Shown here piece after piece: positions 37,085 to 47,005 of a DNA stretch of 64,000 nt. The DNA is from an uncultured Pirellulaceae bacterium. GTDB taxonomy: Bacteria; Planctomycetota; Planctomycetia; Pirellulales; Pirellulaceae. Where the stretch lies: positions 28,447-92,446 of the forward strand of contig CAYPLE010000004.1 of NCBI GenBank assembly GCA_964411445.1, in the 5' to 3' direction. Both the position numbers and the translations under genes were made by a program. The notes under the pieces were generated by a model that saw only the letters and a program-made list of their open reading frames with translations, ran no database searches and was not told the DNA's origin. Each line of letters starts with the position of its first letter. Positions within the stretch are counted from its first letter, which is position 1.

Positions 37085-37984
37085 ATGAAGACAGAAAGTC
37101 CACGTTTGCCAATACGGCTTGGCTGTCCAGTCTTCAGTTGTGCGAACTGGGCCGGAAGCGTATATCCCCAGCGCACGCCGCAACGAGAGTTCTTGCGGCA
37201 CTATTCGCGAATGTTCAATACGGTGGAGGGGAACAGCAGCTTTTACGCGATCCCAACACCAGAGCAGACGAAACGTTGGTGCGACATTTCGGCAAACGGC
37301 TTTGCGTTCTGCATGAAATTCCCGCGTGAGGTCTCGCACGAGCGTCAACTTGTCTCCGCAGAATCAGCTACTCGGCGTTTCTTAGATGCGATTGAAGTGC
37401 TTGCAGACGCCGGCCGCCTCGGAAGCACCTTTTTGCAATTGGGGCCGGATTTTTCGCCACGTCAATTCAGTACTCTAGAAAAGTTCCTGGACAGTTTGCC
37501 CACCAATTTCCCTTGGGCTGTCGAATTGAGACACATGGATTGGTACGACCAAGGCGAAAACGAAGCAGCCATCAACGCGTTGTTGAGTGACAGGCGAATT
37601 GACAAAGTCCTATTCGACTCTCGTGCTTTGTTCAGTCGTGAACCTGAAGATGAGGCGGAGCGTAAATCGCAGCAGCGAAAACCCAAGACGCCGGTCCGGC
37701 AAACGGTAACCGGAACAAGGCCAATGCTGAGACTCATCGGCCGAAACAATGTTGAACAAGGGGTGCCTCAGATCCGACAATGGGCCAAAATCGTCGCACG
37801 CTGGCTTTCCGAAGGCTTGGAGCCTACCATCTTCACTCACACGCCCGATGACACATTTGCACCGGAGATGGCACGACTATTCTATCATGAACTGGCTTGT
37901 GCATTGAAGCCAGATGCGCCCGAGGAAGCCTTACCTACTTTACCCGCTCCCCCACGCAAGCTGAAGCAGCTAGACCTCCTGTAG
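37085..37984 (+). CDS. DUF72 domain-containing protein (YecE-like)
   Basis: 'RLGCPVF', 'YSRMFNTVEGNSSFY', 'FCMKFPREVSH', 'FLQLGP' and 'AVELRH'. Confidence 0.9.
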   Translation: MKTESPRLPIRLGCPVFSCANWAGSVYPQRTPQREFLRHYSRMFNTVEGNSSFYAIPTPEQTKRWCDISANGFAFCMKFPREVSHERQLVSAESATRRFLDAIEVLADAGRLGSTFLQLGPDFSPRQFSTLEKFLDSLPTNFPWAVELRHMDWYDQGENEAAINALLSDRRIDKVLFDSRALFSREPEDEAERKSQQRKPKTPVRQTVTGTRPMLRLIGRNNVEQGVPQIRQWAKIVARWLSEGLEPTIFTHTPDDTFAPEMARLFYHELACALKPDAPEEALPTLPAPPRKLKQLDLL

Positions 37985-38157
37985 ATTGCCATCTTGCAAC
38001 CACACCTGACTAGATGGAACCTGCCGGTTGATGCTCAACTGTGGTGCCTAAGATGCTGTGCTTGCGTATACAATGCAACAGCGTTTCGAAATTGCAGTCG
38101 GTCCTGCTTTGCATGCAGCCGACTTTGGATCGTTCATTCTGTTTACCTTCCCCGAGC

Positions 38158-39687
38158 ATGACCATGAATCTGCCCTGCCCGCATACGAAATCTCTCATCG
38201 TCGCACTCCTTTTGAGTCTCTCATTTGCGGCAGATCGAGTCGATGCAACCGAATTCGTTGCCAAGTACGAGCATTGGCCCGAGAAACATCGGATCAACGG
38301 CCGAGTTCTGCTGGGAGCTGACACGGAGTCGGCGCTTCGTGTATTTCGGGAAATTGCTCTAGATAAAGATGACGACGCCGTTGTGCTTCATCTGTCGCCA
38401 AGAGCAGAAATGCCAACAGCTCTTCACGGTTTCGAGCAACTCTCAAGCGAAGAGTTCCTCAGTCGCGCAGCACAACTTCGAGACTCTCAAACTTCGGTCA
38501 TCATTTGGAGCAAGGTGAAAGAAGTCAGTGAGAACGCCAAGGCGCGTCTGCGTAAACAACTGCAACTCTGCCTCGATGCGGGACTTTCGATTTGCTGCGT
38601 CGAATCAGCCGTAGGCTTGGCAGGCGGTAATGACCTGGGCCTGATTTTCGATACCGAAGTTCGTGTGCTCAAGCAGAATGCCCCTGAAACAGGCGGAACA
38701 CCTGCGCTTCTTTCGCTCGAGGTTGCCCCCGATGCAGTCGTTCTCCTATCGCGTCGCAAGATGCTTTGCTACGGAGATGGTAACTTTGAATTGGCAATCA
38801 ACGGGTCAGACAAAGCCAAGACAATTAAGCCACGCACATCTCGTTCTATGCCAATCACGGACTGGTTGATCGATCTGACTCAATGGCGACGGATGGCAAT
38901 GGAACATAGCTTGGAAGCTTTCCCTGCCGAGAAACCTGCGCCGCCAGTCGTTGAAAATGGAAAACTGTACATCGTCGGTGGAGGAGGAATGCCAAGTGGA
39001 TTGATGGATCAATTTGTTGAAGACGCGGGCGGAAGTGAAGCTCGTTTGGTCTATGTCCCTTGCACTGAAGAAGCCGAGGTTTCCCCCAACTCGAGCATGG
39101 TACGCACCTGGAAACGCATGGGCGTCGCCGACGCACAGGTCTTGCACACTAAGGATCGCATACGCGCCAATACCGACAAAGATTTTTACCAGCCGCTTAA
39201 AAACGCAACGGGTATCTGGTTTGGCGGTGGCAGGCAATGGAACTTCGCCGATTCTTATTACGGCACCGAAACGCACCGGCAAATGGTCGAAGTGCTCAAC
39301 CGCGGGGGTGTCATCGGTGGTTCTTCTGCCGGCGCATCCATCCAAGCTCGGTATCTTGCACGAGCAACTCCGATCGAGAATTTTGACATCATCGCCCCTG
39401 GATATGAACGTGGTGGCTTGGGATTCTTGCCGGGCGTAGCGATCGACCAACATTTTAGCCAGCGTGGACGGCACCCGGACCAAGAACAGCTTGTTGCGAC
39501 GTATCCACAGCTCTTGGGGATTGGCATCGATGAAGCAACCGCCATCGTCGTGACGGGGAGTTCAGCAGAAGTCACCGGACGTGGGGCGGTCTATTTCTTC
39601 GATCGCCGCAACAAGGAAGCCACTGTCAAGACGAAGGTCGAACCTGGAGAAGTTTACGACCTGGTCAGTCGATTAAGAGTTGAGTGA
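38158..39687 (+). CDS. Exported cyanophycinase-like serine peptidase (family S51) with extra N-terminal domain
   Basis: Signal peptide. C-terminal half has 'LYIVGGG', 'GIWFGGGRQW', catalytic 'GGSSAGA', 'IDQHF' and 'GIGIDEATA'. Start is uncertain. Confidence 0.85.
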   Translation: MTMNLPCPHTKSLIVALLLSLSFAADRVDATEFVAKYEHWPEKHRINGRVLLGADTESALRVFREIALDKDDDAVVLHLSPRAEMPTALHGFEQLSSEEFLSRAAQLRDSQTSVIIWSKVKEVSENAKARLRKQLQLCLDAGLSICCVESAVGLAGGNDLGLIFDTEVRVLKQNAPETGGTPALLSLEVAPDAVVLLSRRKMLCYGDGNFELAINGSDKAKTIKPRTSRSMPITDWLIDLTQWRRMAMEHSLEAFPAEKPAPPVVENGKLYIVGGGGMPSGLMDQFVEDAGGSEARLVYVPCTEEAEVSPNSSMVRTWKRMGVADAQVLHTKDRIRANTDKDFYQPLKNATGIWFGGGRQWNFADSYYGTETHRQMVEVLNRGGVIGGSSAGASIQARYLARATPIENFDIIAPGYERGGLGFLPGVAIDQHFSQRGRHPDQEQLVATYPQLLGIGIDEATAIVVTGSSAEVTGRGAVYFFDRRNKEATVKTKVEPGEVYDLVSRLRVE

Positions 39688-39701
39688 TGGTCGCGGATTG
39701 C

Positions 39702-40262
39702 TCAATATCCTGGTCGATCGGCGAAGGCATCCAGTGCTTGGGGATGCACCCCTCGAATGGTCAGAAAATCGTCCGTGAAAGAAACCACTTTGACACGAAC
39801 TGGCTGCCGACTCGAAAGGACGAATCCGACGACGCCTGCGACCAAAGCCACCCCGACAAGCGGCACTGAATCCATGTTGATTCCACCCATCAAGCCGACG
39901 AATGCGGCGAGACAAAGCAACATCCCTAGGTGTACGAGCTTGCGATGTCGTGCATAAACACGGGGTGCAATTGGGACCGTCAACTCGGCAGATTTCACGG
40001 TTAAGCCACGAGCGATCAAGTAGGGTATGACGCACAGCAGAACGAGCAGGTATACCCAAGGCGGTGTATGCTGCAGGCTAAAGGTGATGTGTCGAACCGT
40101 GGTAACGCCGGTTACAAAACAACGCTCCCCCAAGATGGCGTCTCGCCCGATGACGAGCGTGTCATTTTCTCGCCAAGCCTGACCCGTTGGCCTCAAATCG
40201 GCTGAGTGGGCAACGTCTGTTGTGGGTGGCGCGTACGGATTGTGCACTCCCAAGCCTTCCAA
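39702..40262 (-). CDS. Hypothetical membrane protein
   Basis: N-terminal 'NPYAPP' motif (common in planctomycete membrane proteins) and three hydrophobic segments. TTG start is uncertain. Confidence 0.7.
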   Translation of the reverse strand: MEGLGVHNPYAPPTTDVAHSADLRPTGQAWRENDTLVIGRDAILGERCFVTGVTTVRHITFSLQHTPPWVYLLVLLCVIPYLIARGLTVKSAELTVPIAPRVYARHRKLVHLGMLLCLAAFVGLMGGINMDSVPLVGVALVAGVVGFVLSSRQPVRVKVVSFTDDFLTIRGVHPQALDAFADRPGY

Positions 40263-40355
40263 AATGCATCACGAACCCCTTCGTGACTGAAAATTCTTCA
40301 AAGAGCCGCTTTGCAATGGGCCAGTTTCTGCAATCACCCAAGTTCATTGTTCTGT

Positions 40356-41825
40356 TCAGTATCCGGGTTCATCTGAATCATCGCCAGCGCTCAACTCGGA
40401 CTGGTCGTCGGGCTTCTTATCGCTCTTTTTGTCACCAAGTCCCAGAGCTTCGATGCGTCTAAGGAGTCGAGGGCGGCTAATTCCGAGTAAACGAGCCGCC
40501 CCCGCGCGATTGCGCGGCGAAGCGGCCAAGGCGCGGCGAATAACTTCCCGTTCAACTTCCTCGAGAACATCGTCTAGACGAATCGCTTCGACCGATACAC
40601 TATCCGCCTGATGCACTGTACCAGGGAAGGCGCGAATGCCCGCTGGCAAATGGTTCACACTGATCGCCTCGCCACCAATACTGTGAAGCACTGCATGCCT
40701 GAGGACTTCATTCAATTCTGCGAAATTCCTCGGCCAATTGTAAGCCAGAAACAACTCCATTGCATCGGGACGAATCGGTGGTGGCGTACGCCCCGCTTCC
40801 TGAGCAATCCGAGCCACGCAATTGTTTACAAGGACTGGAATGTCTTCTCTGCGGGCCGCTAGTGATTCAATCGTCAATTCCAAAGCACTCAATTTTGCGA
40901 AGGACTCGCCCCAAACGGAGCTGCGTGTCTCGCGTTTCCGTCTTCCTTCAGCCGTCACACTTGCAAAAAACGTGCACCGCTCGGATTGCGAATTCACGAA
41001 GTTCATCACTTGGCTCATAGCCAGATCGTCCATGAGATCCATTCGACGCACGAATAGAGCACACGCGACCTTTGTCAACTCCGGACGCAGGCGAGAATGG
41101 AGCGTTTCTAACTGTCCGGCAACTTGTTCAAACCCAGCAACTTCACCGTCGATGGTGATAAATGCACCTGTCATCGCGCGGACGTTGTGCTTGGCAAGGC
41201 GGCCATTGTAAATTGCCTGTGCGACCGTTGACTTCCCAATACGGCTTGGGCCCGTAATCAAGACACTCAGGTTGGCTTGAATTGCCAATTGCGCTCGAGA
41301 CAGAGAAAGCCGGGATGTGTGACTAGTGCCTAGCAAGGCGTCCAGACCGTCGAGCGAGTCATTCTTAGCACGCAACTGCACCAGAGCCGAGCGAATATCG
41401 TTGCTCGTACTGGCGGAATCTTGTTGCGGCATCTGTCGGCTGATTTCTTGCCAACGCCCCATGACGACAATGATGAGCGAAACATGACCATCAGCATCGA
41501 TCAGAGGGACGAACAGTTCCGCATCGATGTCTGAGCCGAAAATTGGTGGGGTTGTAAATTTACGAGCCGCGATGGCACCTTCCCGCGCGCTTTCTGGTGG
41601 GGCCAGAGCGCTCAACAGCAGACCAGCCGGTTCGCGATCCTGAGGGATATGCCACGTACAGCGTTTCCCGACCAGGACAGTTGAATCCAGTTGCACAAGT
41701 TCGCAAAGTTTACCGTTGACGTAAACAACAGCGCCCGATTCATCGAGAACGGCCATCGGCAGCATCTTCTGCTCAAGGGCTCGGGTTAGCAGGCGACTAT
41801 TTCCGCCTCGGTAATCAGCGTTCAT
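40356..41825 (-). CDS. PAS + degenerate AAA+ + Fis-type HTH transcriptional regulator (NtrC-like architecture)
   Basis: PAS-like N-terminus, Walker A GPSRIGKS, 'LAARREDIP', 'YNWPRNFAEL' and HTH 'NRAGAARLLGISRPRL'. No GAFTGA motif. Confidence 0.82.
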   Translation of the reverse strand: MNADYRGGNSRLLTRALEQKMLPMAVLDESGAVVYVNGKLCELVQLDSTVLVGKRCTWHIPQDREPAGLLLSALAPPESAREGAIAARKFTTPPIFGSDIDAELFVPLIDADGHVSLIIVVMGRWQEISRQMPQQDSASTSNDIRSALVQLRAKNDSLDGLDALLGTSHTSRLSLSRAQLAIQANLSVLITGPSRIGKSTVAQAIYNGRLAKHNVRAMTGAFITIDGEVAGFEQVAGQLETLHSRLRPELTKVACALFVRRMDLMDDLAMSQVMNFVNSQSERCTFFASVTAEGRRKRETRSSVWGESFAKLSALELTIESLAARREDIPVLVNNCVARIAQEAGRTPPPIRPDAMELFLAYNWPRNFAELNEVLRHAVLHSIGGEAISVNHLPAGIRAFPGTVHQADSVSVEAIRLDDVLEEVEREVIRRALAASPRNRAGAARLLGISRPRLLRRIEALGLGDKKSDKKPDDQSELSAGDDSDEPGY

Positions 41826-42191
41826 CGTTCGCCGCAAGCGGCACAGCTTTCAATTGGGTTCAGCGATTCGAGTGCCTCGGATGTCCGAGCTTCGACAGTT
41901 TAACCGATTTGATTCGTCGCTTCATTGCTTGCCTGGACCGTGTCCGGGCAAATCGCTGGGCAGAGCCATCGTTACCTCTCTGAATCGAGCTCAACTAGTT
42001 TCGGAACTGCCGATCATTCGGCTAGTGCATTCCCAGGCTCGGTGGCGAGTGGTTGCCGAAATGCTGGTCTGGCGGTAGTCTCTTCGAAGGCAAAGTGCTG
42101 GGCTTGGGGTAGTTGCCGAACTCGCCGCGAAACTAGAATTTTGCTTAACCACATTATCCAACGGACAAATAAATTCGCGAGTAGACAGACG

Positions 42192-43436
42192 ATGAGCACG
42201 GCTACAGCAGACCCATACTTTCAGCAGCTTTTCGCAGAACGAATCGGCGGTTCCGGGTACGGCAAGGGCACCGCAATCTACAAGTTTGAGAAGATCAAGC
42301 GAGCAAAGCGGAAAGCGCTCGCGGACTACCCGGATCGTCAGTTGATCGACTTTGGCATTGGCGAAAACGACTCCATGGCAGCCGAAACCGTACGTCAGTC
42401 GATGGCGTCGGAAGTGAACGATCCTGGCAACCGCGGGTATGCGGATAATGGAATTCAAGCCTTCAAGGATGCAGCAGCTCGGTTCATGCAACGTCGCCTT
42501 GGCGTGACGCTCGACGCAGAAACAGAGATCAACCACTGTATCGGCAGCAAGACTGCACTTGCAATGATCCCGGGATGCTTTATCAATCCTGGAGATGTGA
42601 CGATGATGACGGTGCCTGGCTATCCTGTTGCTGGGACCCACACAAAGTACTACGGCGGTGAAGTCCTCCCATTGCCGTTGTTGGAAGAAAACAACTTCTT
42701 CCCAGACTTTTCATCGGTCAGCGATGAGAGCTGGCAGCGTACCAAGCTCCTAGTCCTCAACTATCCCAACAGTCCCACCGGCAAGACGGCTACGCGCGAG
42801 TTCTATGCCGAAGTCGTTGAACTTGCAAAGAAGCATCAGTTTGTCGTCGTTCAGGATGCTGCCCATATCGTATTGTCTTTCGATTCCGAGCCGCTGAGTT
42901 TCCTTTCCGTCGACGGTGCAAAGGACGTCGGCGTTGAGGTTCACTCGCTCAGCAAGGGCTTCGACATGATCGGCTGGCGGATTGGCTGGGTTTGCGGCAA
43001 CCCCTTGGTGGTCCGAGCGTTTGCCGACGTCAAAGACAATTGCGACAGCGGCCAATTCCCCGCAATTCAAAAAGCGGCCGCAACTGCTCTGGACGATGAC
43101 TCAATTCCAAATTCGATTCACGCCAAGTACAAGCGGCGTCTTGAAAAGCTTGTCACAATGCTGAAGGATGTCGGATTCCAATGCAGCATGCCCGGCGGCA
43201 CTTACTTTTTGTATACGAAAGCACCGGTGGGTACGGAATCGGGACTTACGTTTGCGGATTCCGAAGAGGCCAGTCAGCATTTGATTACGGAACAGTCGAT
43301 CATTACCGTACCATGGAGTGAAGCAGGGCCATTCCTTCGTTTTTCGGTCACTTACGAAGCACCAACCGAAGCGGACGAAGACACGCTCATGGCCGAGACC
43401 GCTCGCCGCCTCAAGTCGCTGGGACTCAAGTTCTAG
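42192..43436 (+). CDS. dapL: LL-diaminopimelate aminotransferase (class I/II PLP aminotransferase)
   Basis: 'LFAERIGG..YGK..AIYKFEKIK', 'IGSKTAL', 'LNYPNSPTG', 'QDAAH' and PLP lysine 'HSLSKGFDMIGWRIG'. ATG at 42192. Confidence 0.82.
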   Translation: MSTATADPYFQQLFAERIGGSGYGKGTAIYKFEKIKRAKRKALADYPDRQLIDFGIGENDSMAAETVRQSMASEVNDPGNRGYADNGIQAFKDAAARFMQRRLGVTLDAETEINHCIGSKTALAMIPGCFINPGDVTMMTVPGYPVAGTHTKYYGGEVLPLPLLEENNFFPDFSSVSDESWQRTKLLVLNYPNSPTGKTATREFYAEVVELAKKHQFVVVQDAAHIVLSFDSEPLSFLSVDGAKDVGVEVHSLSKGFDMIGWRIGWVCGNPLVVRAFADVKDNCDSGQFPAIQKAAATALDDDSIPNSIHAKYKRRLEKLVTMLKDVGFQCSMPGGTYFLYTKAPVGTESGLTFADSEEASQHLITEQSIITVPWSEAGPFLRFSVTYEAPTEADEDTLMAETARRLKSLGLKF

Positions 43437-43597
43437 AAGCCATCGGCTCGCTCCCACCATAACCGCCGGCCGCGAATCTGGTATTGGAACTGATTACAGA
43501 TCCCAAATTCCGGTGGATCCGCAAGTACTTTTAGGTGATGGAACTGGCTTGACTTCTCTGCCACCAGAGACGCCAATGAGCCGCCTTCGACAAACCT

Positions 43598-43680
43598 CCG
43601 CTGAGCGGAAGCTCAGCGGTTCACATGATTCCAGACGCCACGCGTTTCTCACGGAAAACCGTGAGCTAACGCTCTACGGC
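43598..43680. repeat. REP-like palindrome cluster
   Basis: CCGCTGAGC-GGAA-GCTCAGCGG (43598-43619); CTCACGG-AAAA-CCGTGAG (43648-43665), overlapping CCGTGAGC-TAAC-GCTCTACGG (43659-43679). Intergenic. Confidence 0.6.
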
Positions 43681-43855
43681 TGATCACCTAGATTCAAATT
43701 CTCTTTCGCCGTACGAGAGGCTGCTGAAGCAATACATGACGCCCTGAATTGTTGGTATCCTAAGACCAATGTCAGCAGATGTTTTCAGCAGGTGGGCGAG
43801 CAACTTGACGGGATTTTTAACCAGCGTAATTCGAATCGCGAGGGGGCGTCCGGGG

Positions 43856-44839
43856 ATGCTCTGGCTGGTCGCTGCCAGCCTGACTTGCTGTTTTCCGCTG
43901 GAGGCCGGATTCGCCCAGGACGCAGGTGAGCCTGCTCCGCGAACAGCAAAGCCTGAGAGGCCATCCCAGCCGAATCCAAATACGGACAAATCAGAGCCTC
44001 ACAAGTTCGCCGCGCTTCCATGGCGCAAGACAGCTCCTGAAATTTCCGGGATCGCAAATCTATTGGTCGTCACGCCCCGCATTTACAGTGGCGGCGAGCC
44101 AACATCCGAAGAGGCGTTTAAGTCGCTCAGCAAGCTTGGCGTTCAGTCCATAATCAGTGTGGATGGGATGCCGCCGAACGTAAAGCTGGCGGCAGGGTTC
44201 GGCATCCGATACATCCACATTCCGGTTCAGTATCGAGGAATTCCGGATTCAGCGCAAGCACAACTGAACAAGGCGTTGACGACAACAAACGGACGGTTAT
44301 TCATCCATTGTCATCATGGAAAGCATCGAGGACCTGCGGCGGCGGCCATCCTGGCAGCCATAGACGGAAGCGTGTCGGCGTCAGAAGCGTTGGACCTACT
44401 GAAGGTTGCAGGAACGGCTGAAAAGTACAACGGATTGTGGCGGAGTGTTCGCGAGCTTGAAGCTTCCACAATACCAGCTTGGGATTTGCCGCTCTCGCCT
44501 TCCGTTGATTTGCCATCGACAGCAACGATCATGGCGGAAATCGCTCGGGACTTCGAAGAGCTCGAAAATGCGACCAAGCTTACGGCAAGAGATCGACGCG
44601 AAAGCCCCCTGAATCAAGAGCAGCTCCTTAATCGAGCCGTCAGCTTGGAAGAGGCGTTTAGGGAGTTGTCCCGTCGGAACGGCCAGAGGGAAGGAATGCG
44701 AGGAGATTACTTGCACATCGCTAAGCAATTCTCGCAGCTAACGGGCAAGTCGCTCGAGATTTCAGCGAAGGAGCGTTCGGTGTTGCTGCATCAAATCCAA
44801 GAACGCTGCGATGCTTGCCATGATGCGCACCGCAACTGA
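43856..44839 (+). CDS. Exported CX5R phosphatase/sulfurtransferase-like domain fused to a C-terminal cytochrome c'-like heme domain
   Basis: Signal peptide, 'RIYSGGEP', 'YIHIP', P-loop 'IHCHHGKHRG' (CX5R), and a helical C-terminus ending CDACH. Start 43856 chosen over 43769. Confidence 0.75.
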   Translation: MLWLVAASLTCCFPLEAGFAQDAGEPAPRTAKPERPSQPNPNTDKSEPHKFAALPWRKTAPEISGIANLLVVTPRIYSGGEPTSEEAFKSLSKLGVQSIISVDGMPPNVKLAAGFGIRYIHIPVQYRGIPDSAQAQLNKALTTTNGRLFIHCHHGKHRGPAAAAILAAIDGSVSASEALDLLKVAGTAEKYNGLWRSVRELEASTIPAWDLPLSPSVDLPSTATIMAEIARDFEELENATKLTARDRRESPLNQEQLLNRAVSLEEAFRELSRRNGQREGMRGDYLHIAKQFSQLTGKSLEISAKERSVLLHQIQERCDACHDAHRN

Positions 44840-44904
44840 AATTGGCTAGTCGCGGCAAGAGTTTCCAACCTCGAAGCGAACGCGCAGTTCTACCAAAGTT
44901 AGGC

Positions 44905-46545
44905 TTAATTGCCGTCGCCAGGTTGGCCTGGATCGCCTGGGCCGACGCTTCCAGGCCCTTCATTGCTGGGGCCACCTGCATTTGGTTCACCTGGCCCAGC
45001 GTCTCCTTCCGGAGCTCCATCACCAGATGGCGCTGAACCATCACCGGCTTGGCCGTTTCCAGCGTTGTCTTCCTCTACCGTATCCAGCCCTTCTTCTTCA
45101 GCAATTTCTGGGTAGCGTTGAATGAATCCGGGTACTTCCAGGACGTGCAGCATAATTTCCTCGATCGGAGCCTCACAAGCCTTGAGCAGTCCCTTCACGT
45201 CGGTAACGACCGTTGCATCGTTGACAGATGTCTGCAGTGCTTCGACGAGCTCAAGAAGCTCGACTGCGCTTGCCTGTTCTGCATCGGCTAGTTGCGGAAT
45301 AAGTGGTGACATGACAGCCCGAGACCGGTCTCCATCGGCAACTGCTTTACCGTCGAGTGCAAGGTGAACCGCTTGAGTGATCATATTCGCCGCTCGACGA
45401 GCCGCAATCGTTTCCCAGGATTGAGTTTCCACAGGTTTGGTGCGTCGGCCCGAGCCTTCGCCACCGTAGCCGCCGCCGCCGCCGTAGCCTCCGTCACCGT
45501 AGCCGCCACCGCCCATGCCACCGGGACCTCCCATTCCGCCAGGTCCCATTCCTCCGGGGCCACCATATCCACCACCATCGCCTTCTCCGCCATAGCCGCC
45601 GCCGCCCCCATATCCGCCACCTGTAGAAGCGGCGCCACTGACGATCTTTTGACGGTTATCCTCAGCTTCGTACCAACCGACCATGTGGTTGCGGATAATG
45701 TTGCATAGGCCAAGCAGGTACTCTGTCTTTTCCGCGGGAGTCATCTCTGCTTTGAGGTGGTACAGGTATCTCAGGGCAGAAAGTCTGAGAGTGGGCGAAG
45801 CATTGCTGTCCGCTACATGCTTCACACCAATAGCTTTGGCGGCTTCAATGCGGCCAGCAGCCAAGCAATCATAGGCGCGGCGTTTCAGCCACAGATCCGC
45901 CGAGGCATCCACTGCTGAAGCGGGTTCGGTTTCGAGGATCTTGACCAATGCAGTGGAAATTTGTGTCTTGGCCGCATCGGGCCATCGCGTTGATCCGAAA
46001 TAGATGCCGATGTGGCGTTCCAGTCCGTAAAGTGCAACAGCTCGGAGGTACGCCGGCTTGTCCGCCCCAGCAGAGAATTCAAGCAGTGTTCGAATCGCCG
46101 CTGCGTAAGGAGCGGGAGCTCCTTCGTTGGTTTGGTAGGAATCAAGATCTGCAATAATAGCCATCGCGCTTAAACGTACTGCGGAGTTAATTTGATTGTT
46201 GCCGACGAGTGCCTTGCAATACTTGAATGCGGCCGCATTGGCAGAATCGCGGCCAGCAACTGCGGCCGCATCCGATTGTCTCGGGCTTCCGTTGAGATAG
46301 CTACTCTTCACCAAGGTGCGAATCTTGCTGACTGATTCCCAATCCTTGGCCTGTGACATGGCGAGGAATTGATCACGCATGACTGCGTCCATGGCTGCAT
46401 CAGCCTCGGCAGTTCTACCAGTTTTGCCACGAACCAGATCCCTCACTATGGACTTCTGCTTGGCGGTTGCGGTCTGAGCAACAAGCGGCCCAGCACAAGC
46501 CAACAGCAGCAAAAATGCAGCGATGGAACACATTTTCCGTGACAT
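44905..46545 (-). CDS. Hypothetical exported helical protein with Gly/Tyr-rich low-complexity insert
   Basis: Signal peptide, Ala-rich helical body, GGGYGG repeats (~45450-45625) and an acidic Gly/Pro tail. Confidence 0.75.
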   Translation of the reverse strand: MSRKMCSIAAFLLLLACAGPLVAQTATAKQKSIVRDLVRGKTGRTAEADAAMDAVMRDQFLAMSQAKDWESVSKIRTLVKSSYLNGSPRQSDAAAVAGRDSANAAAFKYCKALVGNNQINSAVRLSAMAIIADLDSYQTNEGAPAPYAAAIRTLLEFSAGADKPAYLRAVALYGLERHIGIYFGSTRWPDAAKTQISTALVKILETEPASAVDASADLWLKRRAYDCLAAGRIEAAKAIGVKHVADSNASPTLRLSALRYLYHLKAEMTPAEKTEYLLGLCNIIRNHMVGWYEAEDNRQKIVSGAASTGGGYGGGGGYGGEGDGGGYGGPGGMGPGGMGGPGGMGGGGYGDGGYGGGGGYGGEGSGRRTKPVETQSWETIAARRAANMITQAVHLALDGKAVADGDRSRAVMSPLIPQLADAEQASAVELLELVEALQTSVNDATVVTDVKGLLKACEAPIEEIMLHVLEVPGFIQRYPEIAEEEGLDTVEEDNAGNGQAGDGSAPSGDGAPEGDAGPGEPNAGGPSNEGPGSVGPGDPGQPGDGN

Positions 46546-47005
46546 CAGTCTCTCCCCAGTAGGTCAAATAGGGCACGTTCAAGAACGGCCGTGACCAGAT
46601 AGACAAGCATTGGTTGGCGAAACGCCGAATCGTCGTTGGATAAGGCCTTAAGTGCGCAGTCTTCCCATACTGCAGACGATTCTTACACCTTATAAATTAG
46701 CCGAACTGAGGAGCGATTGTCAAATTTTTCATGCTTGCCGTGCGATTAATGGACGAATTAGCCAAGTTGAGCTGTGACAAGAAGCACCTACCGGACCATG
46801 CCCCAGCATCATTCAGTCTTCCAAGACGTCACTATGCGGGAATGACATTTGCGTCGTTAAAGTTTGGCTCTTCTCCGCTCAGCGGCCATGCTGGAGACCA
46901 CCGGCAGCTTGAACTTGATTCTTAGAGCTCATAAGTCACTATCGCAAAACGACTTAAGCACCACATTGCCTTCCAAGAGCAACGCACACAATCGACGCAG
47001 ATGAC

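Noticed and set aside
41925-42191. Long N-terminal extensions given by the ORF track (dapL here; likewise wzy, wzx, wbaP, pstB, DUF1499, DUF1559)
   Set aside because: The extensions are low-information sequence ahead of the family-typical N-termini and often overlap neighbours or promoters. Downstream starts were used.
45450-45625. GCC/GTA-rich tandem-like DNA repeats
   Set aside because: Fully explained by the Gly/Tyr low-complexity coding segment; not an independent DNA repeat element.
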